Shown here: piece after piece, positions 29,955-40,170 of the stretch
How the letters are laid out: every line of letters starts with the position of its first letter
Position numbering within the stretch: position 1 is the first letter of the stretch
DNA from: Pseudomonadota bacterium
GTDB lineage: Bacteria > Pseudomonadota > Gammaproteobacteria > JAJDOJ01
DNA length: 64,000 bases
Direction of reading: 5' to 3'
NCBI GenBank assembly: GCA_034722015.1
Contig: JAYENI010000081.1
Location: forward strand, 6,022-70,021
The notes under the pieces: generated by a model
Database searches by the model: none
The model's input: only the letters and a program-made list of their open reading frames with translations
Told to the model about the DNA's origin: nothing
Position numbers and translations under genes: made by a program

Positions 29955-30449
29955 ATGGAGATCGAGGGAAGCTGCTACTGTGGGCAGGTGAGATTCAGGG
30001 CCGTCTCTCACACGCCCTACCCCTACATGCGTTGCTACTGCTCGATCTGTCGAAAGACCGCAGGCGGTGGTGGTTACGCCATCAATATCATGGCGATGGC
30101 GGATACCCTCGAGGTCGAAGGGGAGGGGTTCGTTGCCGCGCACCACAACCGGGTGGACGACGACGCACATCCGGGAGAACTCGTGTTGAGCCCCGGCAAG
30201 GGTTATTGCTGCCGCGACTGCGGCAGCGCCCTGTGGGCCGCGGATCCCCGATGGGAAAAGTGGATTTACCCCTTCGCTTCCGCCATTGACACGCCGCTGC
30301 CCGCACCGCCCGAGTGGGTCCACATCATGCTCGACTTCGCGGCGCCGTGGGTTGTCGTGCCGCAGGGGGAAGGGCACAGGCATTTCGCACGTTACCCTGA
30401 CGAGAGCATCGAGGCCTGGCACAATCGCCACGGACTGTTTCAGACCTGA
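29955..30449 (+). CDS. GFA (glutathione-dependent formaldehyde-activating / CENP-V) family protein
   Basis: Zn-binding Cys pattern CYCGQV...CYCSIC...CCRDCGSALW. Confidence 0.75.
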   Translation: MEIEGSCYCGQVRFRAVSHTPYPYMRCYCSICRKTAGGGGYAINIMAMADTLEVEGEGFVAAHHNRVDDDAHPGELVLSPGKGYCCRDCGSALWAADPRWEKWIYPFASAIDTPLPAPPEWVHIMLDFAAPWVVVPQGEGHRHFARYPDESIEAWHNRHGLFQT

Positions 30450-30523
30450 TTGCGTGCAGCGAGGGGCGGTCGGGCAGATGTCTAGAGCCAGGCTGGTATA
30501 GGGAATTTCGAACAGTGGTTCGG

Positions 30524-30552
30524 CAAAAAAAGCCCCCATGAATTTTGGGGGC
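30524..30552 (-). terminator. Rho-independent terminator (for yceI-like gene)
   Basis: Minus strand: GCCCCCA-aaattca-TGGGGGC followed by T7. Confidence 0.7.
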
Positions 30553-30596
30553 CTCGTGAATCTTCGCGCGTCGCGGGTTTGAGCGGAAGAGGGGTG

Positions 30597-31316
30597 TCAG
30601 GCATTCCCCTGACCGGTTCGTGCAGCCGATCGGGTGTCGATTACCGGGGAATCCGGGCTGAACCTGACCGCGTCGATGCTGAGGCAGAGACGGACGTCAT
30701 TCTTTACCAGTGCGGACATCTTGCTGATTCCGAAGTCGAAACGGTTGATGGTGGTGGCCTTGACGGTGACGTTCTGCACCTCACCCGGGCGACTTTCCCC
30801 CTCGACGAGTTCCACCGCGAATTCCACGGGCCGGGTTACACCGCGCAGCGTGAGGTCGCCATGCATCAACGCGGTTTTCGGCGTGATCCATTTGATGCCC
30901 TTGCTGACGAAAAGGATCTCCGGGTGGTTTTCGGCATCGAAGAACCCTGCTCCCTTGATGAGTTTGTCGATGATTGCACTTTCGGTATGCAGGCTGTCCG
31001 TGCGCACTATCACGAGGGCCTGGCTGTCACCCTCGGATACCGGTTGCCAGGCCAGACCGCCACGAAATTCATCGAACTGGCCGTTAACAGGCGCAAAAAC
31101 GCTAGTAACGCAAAACCCGACCTGAGACGTGGCGGGCTGGATCCGATACAGATAGCCATCCTCGGCGGCTTCCAGCATTCCCCCCATGATCTCGGGGTTC
31201 ACCCGGTCGTCTCCGAACGGTTCGCAGACCTCTTCGGCGACAGCGCCCTGTGCGGCGATGCCGCCAAGCAGAAACGCCAGGATGGGACCTTTCATCGTGT
31301 CATATAAGTTCTTCAT
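30597..31316 (-). CDS. YceI-family periplasmic protein
   Basis: Signal peptide MKGPILAFLLGGIAAQGAVA. YceI-like core (VGFCVTSVFAPVNGQFDEF...HGDLTLRGVTRPVEF). Confidence 0.75.
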   Translation of the reverse strand: MKNLYDTMKGPILAFLLGGIAAQGAVAEEVCEPFGDDRVNPEIMGGMLEAAEDGYLYRIQPATSQVGFCVTSVFAPVNGQFDEFRGGLAWQPVSEGDSQALVIVRTDSLHTESAIIDKLIKGAGFFDAENHPEILFVSKGIKWITPKTALMHGDLTLRGVTRPVEFAVELVEGESRPGEVQNVTVKATTINRFDFGISKMSALVKNDVRLCLSIDAVRFSPDSPVIDTRSAARTGQGNA

Positions 31317-31672
31317 ATGCCTTTCTCCGCCTGAACCCTCATACGGGAGTGTTGTGCCACATGAACTAATCAAGCGAGCAGTATATAAGAAAAATCTAAT
31401 GAATAATGGCTCCACTCGTCACGGTCGACGCGCCGTTCAGGGCTGTTTTGTGACCGGGTTCCGGGTTCAGCAGGGCCACGGATCCGTGTGAAATAACCGG
31501 ATACCGGGCATGTGGGAGGCTCTTCTGCCGTGTGACTGACAGGGCCGAGGTGCCGGGGTCAGGCTTATCCACACCCTTCTGGAACGGACAGCTGCGGAAA
31601 TTGCGTCACCCCAGCTACACCATGGCGTAAGATGTGTTCTGGTGATTCACGATCAGGCGGCATCCACAGACC

Positions 31673-32797
31673 ATGTTCCAACATGAATTCCTGAGCGGTA
31701 ACGACCCGGACGCACTGGTCAGCGAACTGGTGTCGGCTCTGCGCGGCGTGCCCGACTCGGTGAACCTGGGATTCATCTACTTCGACGGCTCACTGACATC
31801 CGGTATCGACGGGATACTCGACCAGCTTCGCGCCGAGACCCCGATTGATCGGTGGGTCGGCAGTGTCGCGACAGGTGTCATCGGAAATGGTGTCGAGAGT
31901 TACGGTCAGCCCGCGATCAGCGTGCTGGTGGCCGATTTCGAACCTGACAGTTTTCTTCTGCTCCCGACCGTCAGCGACGACCTCTCAGGGTTCCTGGATG
32001 CCAGTCGGTCCTGGCGCGAGCGCAACCTCAGCTCGTTCGGCGTGGTTCACGGCGATCCCCGCAATTCGCGAGTGCCGAGACTGATTTCCGGACTCAGCGC
32101 CGGGATGGAGGGCGGGTTTCTGGTCGGAGGACTCTCTTCGTCCGAGGACGAGGATCTGATTCAGATCGCGGGTGACCGGACCATGAACGGCCTCTCGGGT
32201 GTGTTGTTTTCGGGCAGCGTCCCGGTGGTCACGGGGGTGACCCAGGGTTGCACCCTGTTCGGACATCGACACGAGGTGACCGGGGCGGACGCGCACATCA
32301 TTACACGGCTGGACGGGCGTCCCGCCCTCGACGTGCTGAACGAGGAGGTGGGCGACGTTCTGGCGCGCGACCCCCGGCGCATGGCTGGTTACATCTTCGC
32401 GGCCCTTCACATCCCCGGATCGGACACCGGGGACTTCCTGGTCAGAAACCTGCTCGGAATCGACCCGGATAACGGCGCCCTGGCGGTCGGTGATCACCTG
32501 CAGGAGGGTGCGCAGCTGCAATTCGCGAAGCGCGACGCGGACACCGCGAGGGAGGATCTCCGGCGTATGCTGGGTAACGTCGGAGCGCGAATCAAGGGCC
32601 AGCCGAAGGGCGCGCTCTATTTCAGTTGTCTCGGCAGGGGGCAGAGCCTTTTCGGCCCGGATTCTGCGGAACTTGCCCTGGTACGGGAAGCACTCGGTGA
32701 CCTTCCACTTGCGGGTTTCTACGCCAACGGGGAAATCTCCCACAATCGGCTCTACGGTTACACTGGGGTGCTGGCGGTTTTTCTGGATCCGGACTAA
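31673..32797 (+). CDS. FIST-domain signal transduction protein (FIST_N + FIST_C)
   Basis: 374 aa, no TM. Pattern of FIST sensor proteins (…LGFIYFDGSL…GFYANGEIS…). Confidence 0.7.
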   Translation: MFQHEFLSGNDPDALVSELVSALRGVPDSVNLGFIYFDGSLTSGIDGILDQLRAETPIDRWVGSVATGVIGNGVESYGQPAISVLVADFEPDSFLLLPTVSDDLSGFLDASRSWRERNLSSFGVVHGDPRNSRVPRLISGLSAGMEGGFLVGGLSSSEDEDLIQIAGDRTMNGLSGVLFSGSVPVVTGVTQGCTLFGHRHEVTGADAHIITRLDGRPALDVLNEEVGDVLARDPRRMAGYIFAALHIPGSDTGDFLVRNLLGIDPDNGALAVGDHLQEGAQLQFAKRDADTAREDLRRMLGNVGARIKGQPKGALYFSCLGRGQSLFGPDSAELALVREALGDLPLAGFYANGEISHNRLYGYTGVLAVFLDPD

Positions 32798-32857
32798 ACG
32801 GCGGCCCGGTCTGTGGCAGGCCAAGGGTTCCTCTGCCTTCCCTGAAGGCAAGGGCTA

Positions 32858-33015
32858 AGGCGATTGCCGGAAAATGACATACCAGAATGCGCCGGATTCT
32901 CGTTCGTCATCAAGGCGCGACAACAGGCGCATCGTCGAACGATGGAACGGTTGTCGCAACACAGAGGACGGATGAAAAGACAAGCAGGATGGTATGTCAT
33001 TTGACAGAAATCGCC
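32858..33015. repeat. MITE-like element copy 4 (inverted orientation), flanked by direct CTAAG
   Basis: ctaag|gcgattgccggaaaatgacatacc ... ggtatgtcatttgacagaaatcgc|ctaag. Confidence 0.85.
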
Positions 33016-33020
33016 TAAGC

Positions 33021-33755
33021 TCAGGGCGTCGTACGATATCTGGACGGCAAGGGGTTTGCAGGCTGAGCTGGCAGGTCCTTGTCGAAACAGTGGATATGTG
33101 ACCGGGTACCCGCAGTGCTGACATACGAAATCAGGCACTCCTTGCCGTTGGGTTCATCAACGACCTTGCGGACAATAAGATCACCTTCCCGCATCTGGTT
33201 CGTCTGCGTCAGGCTCCCTTTGCCACCGGCTTGACTCTTGTAGCAGATCAATGCCGGAGAGGTGCTGTTCGTGCTGACAAAGGCGATGAGACAGGTTTCC
33301 GTGCTGTCCGGGTCCACCACCCGATGCACATCGAGGTCTCCCTCGCGTAGGTGTCCCTGACGGACGATGCTGTCTTTCGGGGCGAAGGCACTCCGGTAAC
33401 AGTCGATGGCAGGTGAGGTTCCGGATGTACTGACATATGCGACCAGGCAGGACATGCTGTTGACGGAATCCTTGATCTTCCGAATGACCAGTTTCCCTTC
33501 CTTGAAGTGTCCCACCTGGTTGATGTTGGTCCGGAAGCCGGAGGTCCCTTCGTAACAGTACATTGCCGGGCTGGTCCCCGTCGTCCGTACATAGAAGGCC
33601 AGACAGATCTTGTTGCTTTCGAGGTCACTGACGGTGCGGACAATGAGATCGCTCTCGCGGAACTGGCCTGTTTGAACAAGAAGCGAGGATTGGTATTCTC
33701 CCAGGGCGGGGTAAAGCGGCAATGCGGTCAGCAGAACAATCAGCAACTTCTTCAT
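33021..33755 (-). CDS. Secreted protein with four ~50-aa tandem repeats, each with a conserved Cys pair
   Basis: Signal peptide MKKLLIVLLTALPLYPALG with a GGAGG RBS. Repeat consensus G.FREGDLIVR.V.D....CL.AYVST.GTSPA..CY. Confidence 0.6.
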   Translation of the reverse strand: MKKLLIVLLTALPLYPALGEYQSSLLVQTGQFRESDLIVRTVSDLESNKICLAFYVRTTGTSPAMYCYEGTSGFRTNINQVGHFKEGKLVIRKIKDSVNSMSCLVAYVSTSGTSPAIDCYRSAFAPKDSIVRQGHLREGDLDVHRVVDPDSTETCLIAFVSTNSTSPALICYKSQAGGKGSLTQTNQMREGDLIVRKVVDEPNGKECLISYVSTAGTRSHIHCFDKDLPAQPANPLPSRYRTTP

Positions 33756-34385
33756 TGAAAGATCCTCCAGGTTTTGAGGCCTGAATCTGGTTTGCAGGTT
33801 AAAGGGTGGTAAATTAACGTCCCGACTGTGATTCCACGGCATCCGGAGTGGACGGTGCGTACCGACCTCTCCAGGCGGGGATATCGTGTCCAGTCTATGG
33901 TCTCCGGGCGGAAATCGGCTCGATTCGGATCCCCGGAGTTTACGCCAAGTCGTCCGTGTCCGAGAGGCAGGATTCCTGCGCCAGACCCTCGCTTCAGGGC
34001 ACCCTATGGCGCGTTGCCCGGAGAACTTCGCTGGCCCCACGCGTGAAACCGGGCCATCTCCAGACGCGGTTGTAATAATAGCAGCTTGTGCCAAACTATT
34101 GGAAAAACGGGTCCTATCCGCTGTATCGGCCAGAATCGCTCGCCTGGCCGGATGCGAGTGGCCAAAAGGTCTTGAGCCGTGTCAAGCTAAAGGTGTATTA
34201 TAATCCGCTAATATACTTCCTCGTAAGTGACGCAGTCACGGAGTGGGCGGATCACGTGTTCAAGTTGCGTCGATTCTGCAACACGGTGCCGAGTAGCGGC
34301 CGACATTGGCGCCATGGCTGACGAGCGCTTGGGTGGGAAGCTTATTCTGAAGCAGGTACCCATTAACAGGTCTGGAGACAAGAAT

Positions 34386-34724
34386 ATGTTCAAGCCAAGA
34401 TTGATTGCTTTCGCAGCCGCCGTGGCGACCGTCGGACTGTCGGGTGTGGCGGTTCCGGGAACCGCCTCGGCCGGGATGTTTGACATGATGAACCCCTCCA
34501 AGTGGTTTAACAGTAGCAGCAACAGGGATCGCTACTACGACCGGGACTACTACTATGGACGGGGCCCTTACGGCTACGGCGGCGGTCCCTACGGCTGGGG
34601 GGGTGGCTATCCCGGGTATGGGTATGGTTATCCCGGGTACGGCTTTCCCGGATACGGTTATCCGTATGGTGGAGTTCCCGGAGCAGGCACCACTCAGCAA
34701 CAGGCTCCCAGGCTGCCTGAGTAA
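34386..34724 (+). CDS. Gly/Tyr-rich secreted protein, sulfur-globule-protein-like
   Basis: Signal peptide MFKPRLIAFAAAVATVGLSGVAVPGTASA. Mature part DRYYDRDYYYGRGPYGYGGGPYGWGGGYPGYGYGYPGYGFPGYGYPYGG. Confidence 0.55.
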   Translation: MFKPRLIAFAAAVATVGLSGVAVPGTASAGMFDMMNPSKWFNSSSNRDRYYDRDYYYGRGPYGYGGGPYGWGGGYPGYGYGYPGYGFPGYGYPYGGVPGAGTTQQQAPRLPE

Positions 34725-34885
34725 GCTCGAACAGGTATCGGACTTTTGGCGCAACAGGCCGTCGATCACGCATCCGACCTTCGAAGCCAACAGCTTTTCA
34801 TAGATATTACCTGGTCTGACGGATGTGCCGCGATCGCCGGCACACTCCGCTCAGACTATTTTCACCTGCCTTCGGCGGATCCTTA

Positions 34886-35041
34886 GGCGATTGCCGGAAA
34901 ATGACATACCAGATCACGCCGGATTTTCGTTCGTCTTCAAGGCGCGGCAACGGGCGCATAGTCGAACTATGCAACCGTTGCCACAACGCCGAAGACGGGC
35001 GAAAAGACAAGTGAGGTGGTACATGATTTGACAGAAATCGC
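34886..35041. repeat. MITE-like element copy 5, flanked by direct CTTAG
   Basis: cttag|gcgattgccggaaaatgacatacc ... atttgacagaaatcgc|cttag. Confidence 0.85.
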
Positions 35042-35078
35042 CTTAGCAGCGTTGCATCTGGCAGAAAGACGATCGGAC

Positions 35079-35834
35079 ATGACTGCCTGCGATTCGCAAA
35101 ACCACGGCCCGGATATACGTGCGCAACTTCTCGAACTGTATACGCGCCTGGCAAATGAACCCGACTCGGATTTTGGCTGGGGAAGAGGTAAGGACAATGC
35201 CCGCGCGCTGGGCTATCCTGAAGACTGGTTGAATCGCCTGCCGGACGGTGTCTGGGAGTCAGCCGCGGCAGTTGGCAATCCCTTTAGCCTGGGGCCGATC
35301 CGTGCCGGCGAAACTATCGTCGATATCGGTTGTGGTGCGGGTGCCGATGCTTGTGTTGCAGCGCTACTGGTTGGAGGAAAAGGCAAGGTAGCCGGTATCG
35401 ACTGTACGCCGGCGATGATTGATAAGGCGGCATCGAACGCCGCTGTGTCCGGTTTCTCGCAGATCGTCTATCACGAAGCGGAGATGGCGGCGCTTCCGCT
35501 GCTTGGCGCCAGTGCGGATGTGGTGATATCCAACGGCGCCATCAACCTTGGCGAGAGTAAAACGGCCGTTCTCGGGGAGATCTTCCGGGTGCTTCGGCCT
35601 GGCGGCCGTCTGCAAATCGCCGACATGGTCCGCGATCCATCGCAAGGACGCGCCGTCTCCTGCAATAGCGAAGAATCCTGGGCGGACTGTGTCTCCGGGA
35701 CATTGGAGCCGGACGTGTTTATATCGATGTTGACACAAGCCGGCTTCGTTCAGGTGGAATTGACGGGATTCACTGGGTACAAGACTGCGCCTGCTACGAC
35801 TGGTGCGTTGATAAGGGCCGTCAAGCCGCGTTGA
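35079..35834 (+). CDS. ArsM-like class I SAM methyltransferase lacking two of the conserved catalytic cysteines
   Basis: GETIVDIGCGAGADA (SAM motif I) and RVLRPGGRL. Collinear with ArsM, but the GCGNP box reads AVGNP and the SNCVINL box reads SNGAINL; the third Cys is conserved (ADCVSG). Confidence 0.65.
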   Translation: MTACDSQNHGPDIRAQLLELYTRLANEPDSDFGWGRGKDNARALGYPEDWLNRLPDGVWESAAAVGNPFSLGPIRAGETIVDIGCGAGADACVAALLVGGKGKVAGIDCTPAMIDKAASNAAVSGFSQIVYHEAEMAALPLLGASADVVISNGAINLGESKTAVLGEIFRVLRPGGRLQIADMVRDPSQGRAVSCNSEESWADCVSGTLEPDVFISMLTQAGFVQVELTGFTGYKTAPATTGALIRAVKPR

Positions 35835-36483
35835 CGGTGCCGGCCTGACCGTCCGGGGAGGGCATTTCCGGTACCCTGAGGAATGAACCGGGGCAACACC
35901 GCATTCTGAAACAAATCTGTCGAGCGTGATCTGTGTCCGCGGGTGGCTGGCGCACGGTGTGAGCCACACGCGCTGACGCCGGGGGATGCGCGCACGGTAT
36001 GCAACCGCAGTCCTTCGTCGAGTTATCGGCACACACCTTGCTATTGGTTCGGACGAAGCCGCGGGCTGGGACCGGGACGAGAACTACGTACAAGTCCTCG
36101 TAAGGCGAGCCGACAATCCCTAACGGTGTCGGGGACCTCGTCCGGGTATTCTTTCGACCGAACGAGGTCGCCACGGATGACGAGCCCCGGACTCGCAAGC
36201 AAAGCGGGAAAGCACAGCGCTGCAAGATATCGTCGAGCTTGCAGGGAACACTTCGCTGCGTCCCTGGGAGGAGCGTGTCGGCTTTCCGGGCTTCGCATCA
36301 GTCATCCAACCTGGCACTGCCCGGGTGGGTCAGGCACATCCTCGAGGAGACGGCGAGGGGCGTGATCGGGACGGTGCCCTACGGGAACGATCGCGCTGCC
36401 CTGGCGGACATGCCGAATCGACCCGGGGTACCGCGTTGCGCCTGACGGTCGTCCGGATCCCGGTAGCGCGAGAACTCACTTAG

Positions 36484-36530
36484 GCGATTGAAGGAAAATG
36501 ACATACTGGAATGCGCCTTATTCCCAACCC
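36484..36530. repeat. MITE-like element, partial copy (one terminus only)
   Basis: ggcgattgaaggaaaatgacatactggaatgcgcc. Confidence 0.6.
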
Positions 36531-36721
36531 GAATCGGAGGGCAGCGCAATGGCACACAAGGATTTCAACGTCCTGAATCTGTGTAAGGCGTTCTCGGAGT
36601 GGCGGAACCGGATCTCCCTCTTCGTGAACCTGCCCTTCGAGTCCCTGGATAGGTTGAGGTTGCAGGAGAAGCTCGATGAAATCGGTCAGCTCGTGCTGCC
36701 GGAGACCGAAGCGGTGGCGGA

Positions 36722-37645
36722 ATGAGGCGCTGGATACTGCTTTCACTGCTCGGGTTGCAGGCCCTGGGCGGCGCCTGGGCCTATACGCCGACCGCGACTC
36801 AGGTCGCCGGGGACGTCTATGCCATCGTGGGACCGACCGACGGCCGTACGGCCGAAAACCACGCCCTGAACAACAACCTCGGTTTCGTGGTCACGCCCGA
36901 AGGCGTGGTGCTCATCGACAGCGGTGCGTCGGCCGAAGGCGCGAGGCTCGTCGAGGCGGCCGTTCGCACGGTCACGGACCAGCCGGTCCGCTGGGTCATC
37001 AATACCGGGAGCCAGGACCACCGCTGGCTGGGTAACGACTACTTTCGTCGCCAGGGCGCCAGGATCATTGCCCTGGGCCGTACCGTCGAGACGCAGCGGC
37101 GGTTCGCCGACCAGCATATGGCAAGACTCGAACCGATCCTGAAGGATGACTTCGCCGGCACGCAGCCCGCGACCGCCGATCCGGCCGCCGACACCGATCG
37201 GCTGGAGCTGAATCCCGGTGGCGTGCCGCTGGTTCTGCTCTATCCGGGTGACGCGCATTTCCCCGGGGACGCGGTCCTCTGGTTGCCGGAGCAGAAGGTC
37301 CTGTTCAGCGGGGACCTGATCTACGTGGACCGGATGCTGGACGTCCATCCCTGGAGCGACGTGCGCAGCTGGCGCGAGGCCTTCCGCCGGGTCGAGGCGC
37401 TGCAGCCGGAGGTGATCGTGCCCGGTCACGGCAGCGTGTGTGACCTCGCGAAGGCGCGGCGCGAGAGCGGCGACTATCTCGACTGGCTGGTCGAGCAGGT
37501 CGGCGCGGCGGTCGCCGACTGGGAAGAACTGGACCACGTGGTCGATCGCCTGGGCGATGAGCCCCGGTTCGCGCACCTCGAGCACTTCGACGACTGGCAC
37601 CGCACGAACATCAACCGCACCTACCTTCAACTGGAGGGGCAGTAG
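36722..37645 (+). CDS. MBL-fold metallo-hydrolase, secreted
   Basis: Signal peptide MRRWILLSLLGLQALGGAWA. MBL motifs: INTGSQDHRWLG near the HxHxDH position, and GDAHFPGD. Confidence 0.75.
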   Translation: MRRWILLSLLGLQALGGAWAYTPTATQVAGDVYAIVGPTDGRTAENHALNNNLGFVVTPEGVVLIDSGASAEGARLVEAAVRTVTDQPVRWVINTGSQDHRWLGNDYFRRQGARIIALGRTVETQRRFADQHMARLEPILKDDFAGTQPATADPAADTDRLELNPGGVPLVLLYPGDAHFPGDAVLWLPEQKVLFSGDLIYVDRMLDVHPWSDVRSWREAFRRVEALQPEVIVPGHGSVCDLAKARRESGDYLDWLVEQVGAAVADWEELDHVVDRLGDEPRFAHLEHFDDWHRTNINRTYLQLEGQ

Positions 37646-37648
37646 CCC

Positions 37649-38761
37649 GTGAGCGCCCAATGTGAGGCTACTGCCAGGCGCGCCGCCGGCGGTGCCATGG
37701 GGTTCTTCGAACGCTACCTGACGCTGTGGGTCGGGCTGTGCATCGTCGCCGGTATCGTGCTGGGCCATTGGCTGCCCGCGGTGTTCCAGGCCATTGGTCG
37801 CATGGAGGTCGCGCGGGTCAATCTGCCGGTGGCGGTGCTCATCTGGCTGATGATCATCCCCATGTTGCTGAAGGTCGACTTCACGGCCATGCATCACCTG
37901 AAGGAACACTGGAAAGGCGTCGGCGTCACCCTGTTCATCAACTGGGCGGTCAAGCCCTTTTCGATGGCCCTGCTGGGCTGGCTGTTCATTCGCGGGGTGT
38001 TCGCGCCCTACCTGCCGGCGGACCAGATCGACGCCTATATCGCGGGGCTGATCCTGCTCGCCGCGGCGCCCTGCACGGCGATGGTGTTCGTGTGGAGCCG
38101 CCTGAGCGGTGGTGACGCCAACTTCACCCTGACCCAGGTGGCGCTGAACGACACCATCATGATCTTCGCCTTCGCGCCGATCGTGGGCCTGCTGCTCGGG
38201 CTGTCGGCGATCGCCGTGCCCTGGGACACGCTGTTCCTCTCCGTCGTGCTTTATATCGTCATTCCGGTCGTCTTCGCCCAATGGTGGCGCCGCCGGGTCC
38301 TGGGCAAGGGTGGGGTAGCGGCGCTGGAACGTCTGCTGGACACCCTGCACCCGATCTCGCTCGCCGCCCTGCTGGCGACGCTGGTGCTGCTGTTCGGTTT
38401 CCAGGGCAGGCAGATCCTGGCACAGCCGCTGGTGATCGTCATGCTGGCCGTGCCGATCCTGATCCAGGTGTATTTCAACTCGGGCCTTGCCTACTGGCTC
38501 AACCGGCGGTTCGGGGTCGCGCACTGCGTGGCGGCCCCCTCGGCCCTGATCGGGGCGAGCAACTTCTTCGAACTCGCGGTGGCGACCGCCATCGTGCTGT
38601 TTGGATTCGATTCCGGCGCGGCCCTGGCGACGGTTGTCGGGGTGCTGGTGGAGGTGCCGGTCATGCTCTCGGTGGTGAGGATCGTGAACGCGACGCGCGG
38701 ATGGTACGAGCGTGGCGCGCCGGCCCGGATCTCTCCTGGTAGCGGAGGCGGGACCCGATAG
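37649..38761 (+). CDS. acr3: Arsenite efflux transporter, ACR3 family
   Basis: MGFFERYLTLWVGLCIVAGIVLG is the classic Acr3 N-terminus; ~10 TM segments. GTG start at 37649, alternative ATG at 37697. Confidence 0.85.
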   Translation: MSAQCEATARRAAGGAMGFFERYLTLWVGLCIVAGIVLGHWLPAVFQAIGRMEVARVNLPVAVLIWLMIIPMLLKVDFTAMHHLKEHWKGVGVTLFINWAVKPFSMALLGWLFIRGVFAPYLPADQIDAYIAGLILLAAAPCTAMVFVWSRLSGGDANFTLTQVALNDTIMIFAFAPIVGLLLGLSAIAVPWDTLFLSVVLYIVIPVVFAQWWRRRVLGKGGVAALERLLDTLHPISLAALLATLVLLFGFQGRQILAQPLVIVMLAVPILIQVYFNSGLAYWLNRRFGVAHCVAAPSALIGASNFFELAVATAIVLFGFDSGAALATVVGVLVEVPVMLSVVRIVNATRGWYERGAPARISPGSGGGTR

Positions 38762-38889
38762 TTCGATACCGGAAGGTAGCTGAGTATCAGGGGCAAACAG
38801 GATTGTGATTTCGGCCGGCGTCTCAGGGTGACGGAGACCGTGTCCGGGCCCGCGATTCGGGCGTGAATTCAACTCGGGGAGATAGGGTG

Positions 38890-39891
38890 ATGACGGTTCG
38901 ATTGGGAATCAACGGCTTCGGCCGCATGGGTCGGCTGGGCCTTCGGGCCGGTTGGGGCAGGGACGAACTGAAGATCGTGCAGGTCAACGAGATCTCGACC
39001 GATGCGGTCGGCTCTGCGCACCTGCTGAAGTTCGATTCGGTACACGGCGCCTGGGAGGTGGACTGCACCTCGGACGGTCACGCGATGATCGTCGATGGCG
39101 AGCGCATCGCCTGCAGCCGCGATGCGTCGCCAGGCGAGACCGACTGGTCGGGGTGCGACATCGTCATCGAGGCCACCGGCAGACACCACAAAAAGCCGGA
39201 GACACTGCGGACCTACTTCGAGCAGGGGGTGAAAAAGGTCATCGTCGCGGCGCCGACCGAGGGTGCACTCAACATCGTCTACGGGATTAACGATCACCTC
39301 TACGACCCGGGCGAACATCGTCTGGTCACGGCTGCCTCCTGCACCACCAACTGCCTGGCACCGGTGGTCAAGGTCATGCACGAGGAAATCGGCATTGTGC
39401 ACGGCTGCATGACCACCATCCACGACATCACCAACACACAGATCATCGTCGACAAGGGCCACAAGGACCTGCGCCGGGCGCGCGCCTGCGGCCAGTCGCT
39501 GATCCCGACGACCACGGGTTCGGCCAAGGCCATCACGAAGATCTTTCCCGAACTGGAAGGAAAGCTGAACGGGCATGCGGTGCGCGTGCCCCTGCTCAAC
39601 GCCTCGCTGACTGATTTCGTCTTCGAGGCCGCCCGGCCGGTCACCGCGGAGGAGGTCAATGACTTTTTCAGGCAAGCCGCCGAAGGTGAATTGAAGGGCA
39701 TCCTGGGATACGAGGAACGCCCGCTGGTGTCGGTCGATTACCTCAACGACCCGAGGTCGTCGATCGTCGACGCGCTCTCCACCCTGGTGATCGACGGCAC
39801 GCAGGTGAAGGTGTACGCCTGGTACGACAACGAATGGGGTTACGTCTGCCGGATGATGGACATCGCCGCAATGATCGCCCGGAGCCTGTGA
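38890..39891 (+). CDS. gap: Glyceraldehyde-3-phosphate dehydrogenase (ars-cluster type, partner of ArsJ)
   Basis: INGFGRMGR; catalytic SCTTNCLAP; [21 protein letters not shown]. Confidence 0.9.
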   Translation: MTVRLGINGFGRMGRLGLRAGWGRDELKIVQVNEISTDAVGSAHLLKFDSVHGAWEVDCTSDGHAMIVDGERIACSRDASPGETDWSGCDIVIEATGRHHKKPETLRTYFEQGVKKVIVAAPTEGALNIVYGINDHLYDPGEHRLVTAASCTTNCLAPVVKVMHEEIGIVHGCMTTIHDITNTQIIVDKGHKDLRRARACGQSLIPTTTGSAKAITKIFPELEGKLNGHAVRVPLLNASLTDFVFEAARPVTAEEVNDFFRQAAEGELKGILGYEERPLVSVDYLNDPRSSIVDALSTLVIDGTQVKVYAWYDNEWGYVCRMMDIAAMIARSL

Positions 39892-39893
39892 CC

Positions 39894-40163
39894 ATGGACT
39901 GGAAGGTGCTCGGACTGGTCTTCGGCACGGTGTTCGTCGCCGAACTGGGTGACAAGACGCAACTCGCCACCCTGCTGTTCGCGGCGGACAAGGACGTCGG
40001 CAAGTGGACGGTGTTTTTCGGCGCGTCCCTGGCCCTGATCGCCACCTCGGCCATCGGGGTGCTGGGCGGCGCCGTGATCTCGCAGTACGTGAGTGAGCGA
40101 ACCCTGCACGTCATTGCCGGGGTCGGGTTCATCCTCATCGGCGTCTGGACGCTGTTGCGGTAG
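39894..40163 (+). CDS. UPF0016 (GDT1/TMEM165-like) half-size membrane protein
   Basis: ELGDKTQLATLLFAA signature (E-x-G-D-K-T). 89 aa, 3 TM segments. Confidence 0.55.
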   Translation: MDWKVLGLVFGTVFVAELGDKTQLATLLFAADKDVGKWTVFFGASLALIATSAIGVLGGAVISQYVSERTLHVIAGVGFILIGVWTLLR

Positions 40164-40170
40164 CGGGTCG

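Noticed and set aside
36548-36725. 59-aa ORF (MAHKDFNVLNLCKAFSEWRNRISLF...) considered as an ArsR/ArsC remnant
   Set aside because: No ArsR HTH/CVC motif or ArsC catalytic motif could be matched. Left as an unassigned small ORF adjacent to a MITE fragment.
36743-38872. 709-aa minus-strand ORF
   Set aside because: Antisense to the well-supported MBL hydrolase and Acr3 genes. Arg/Gly/Pro/His-rich nonsense composition typical of off-frame reading of high-GC DNA.
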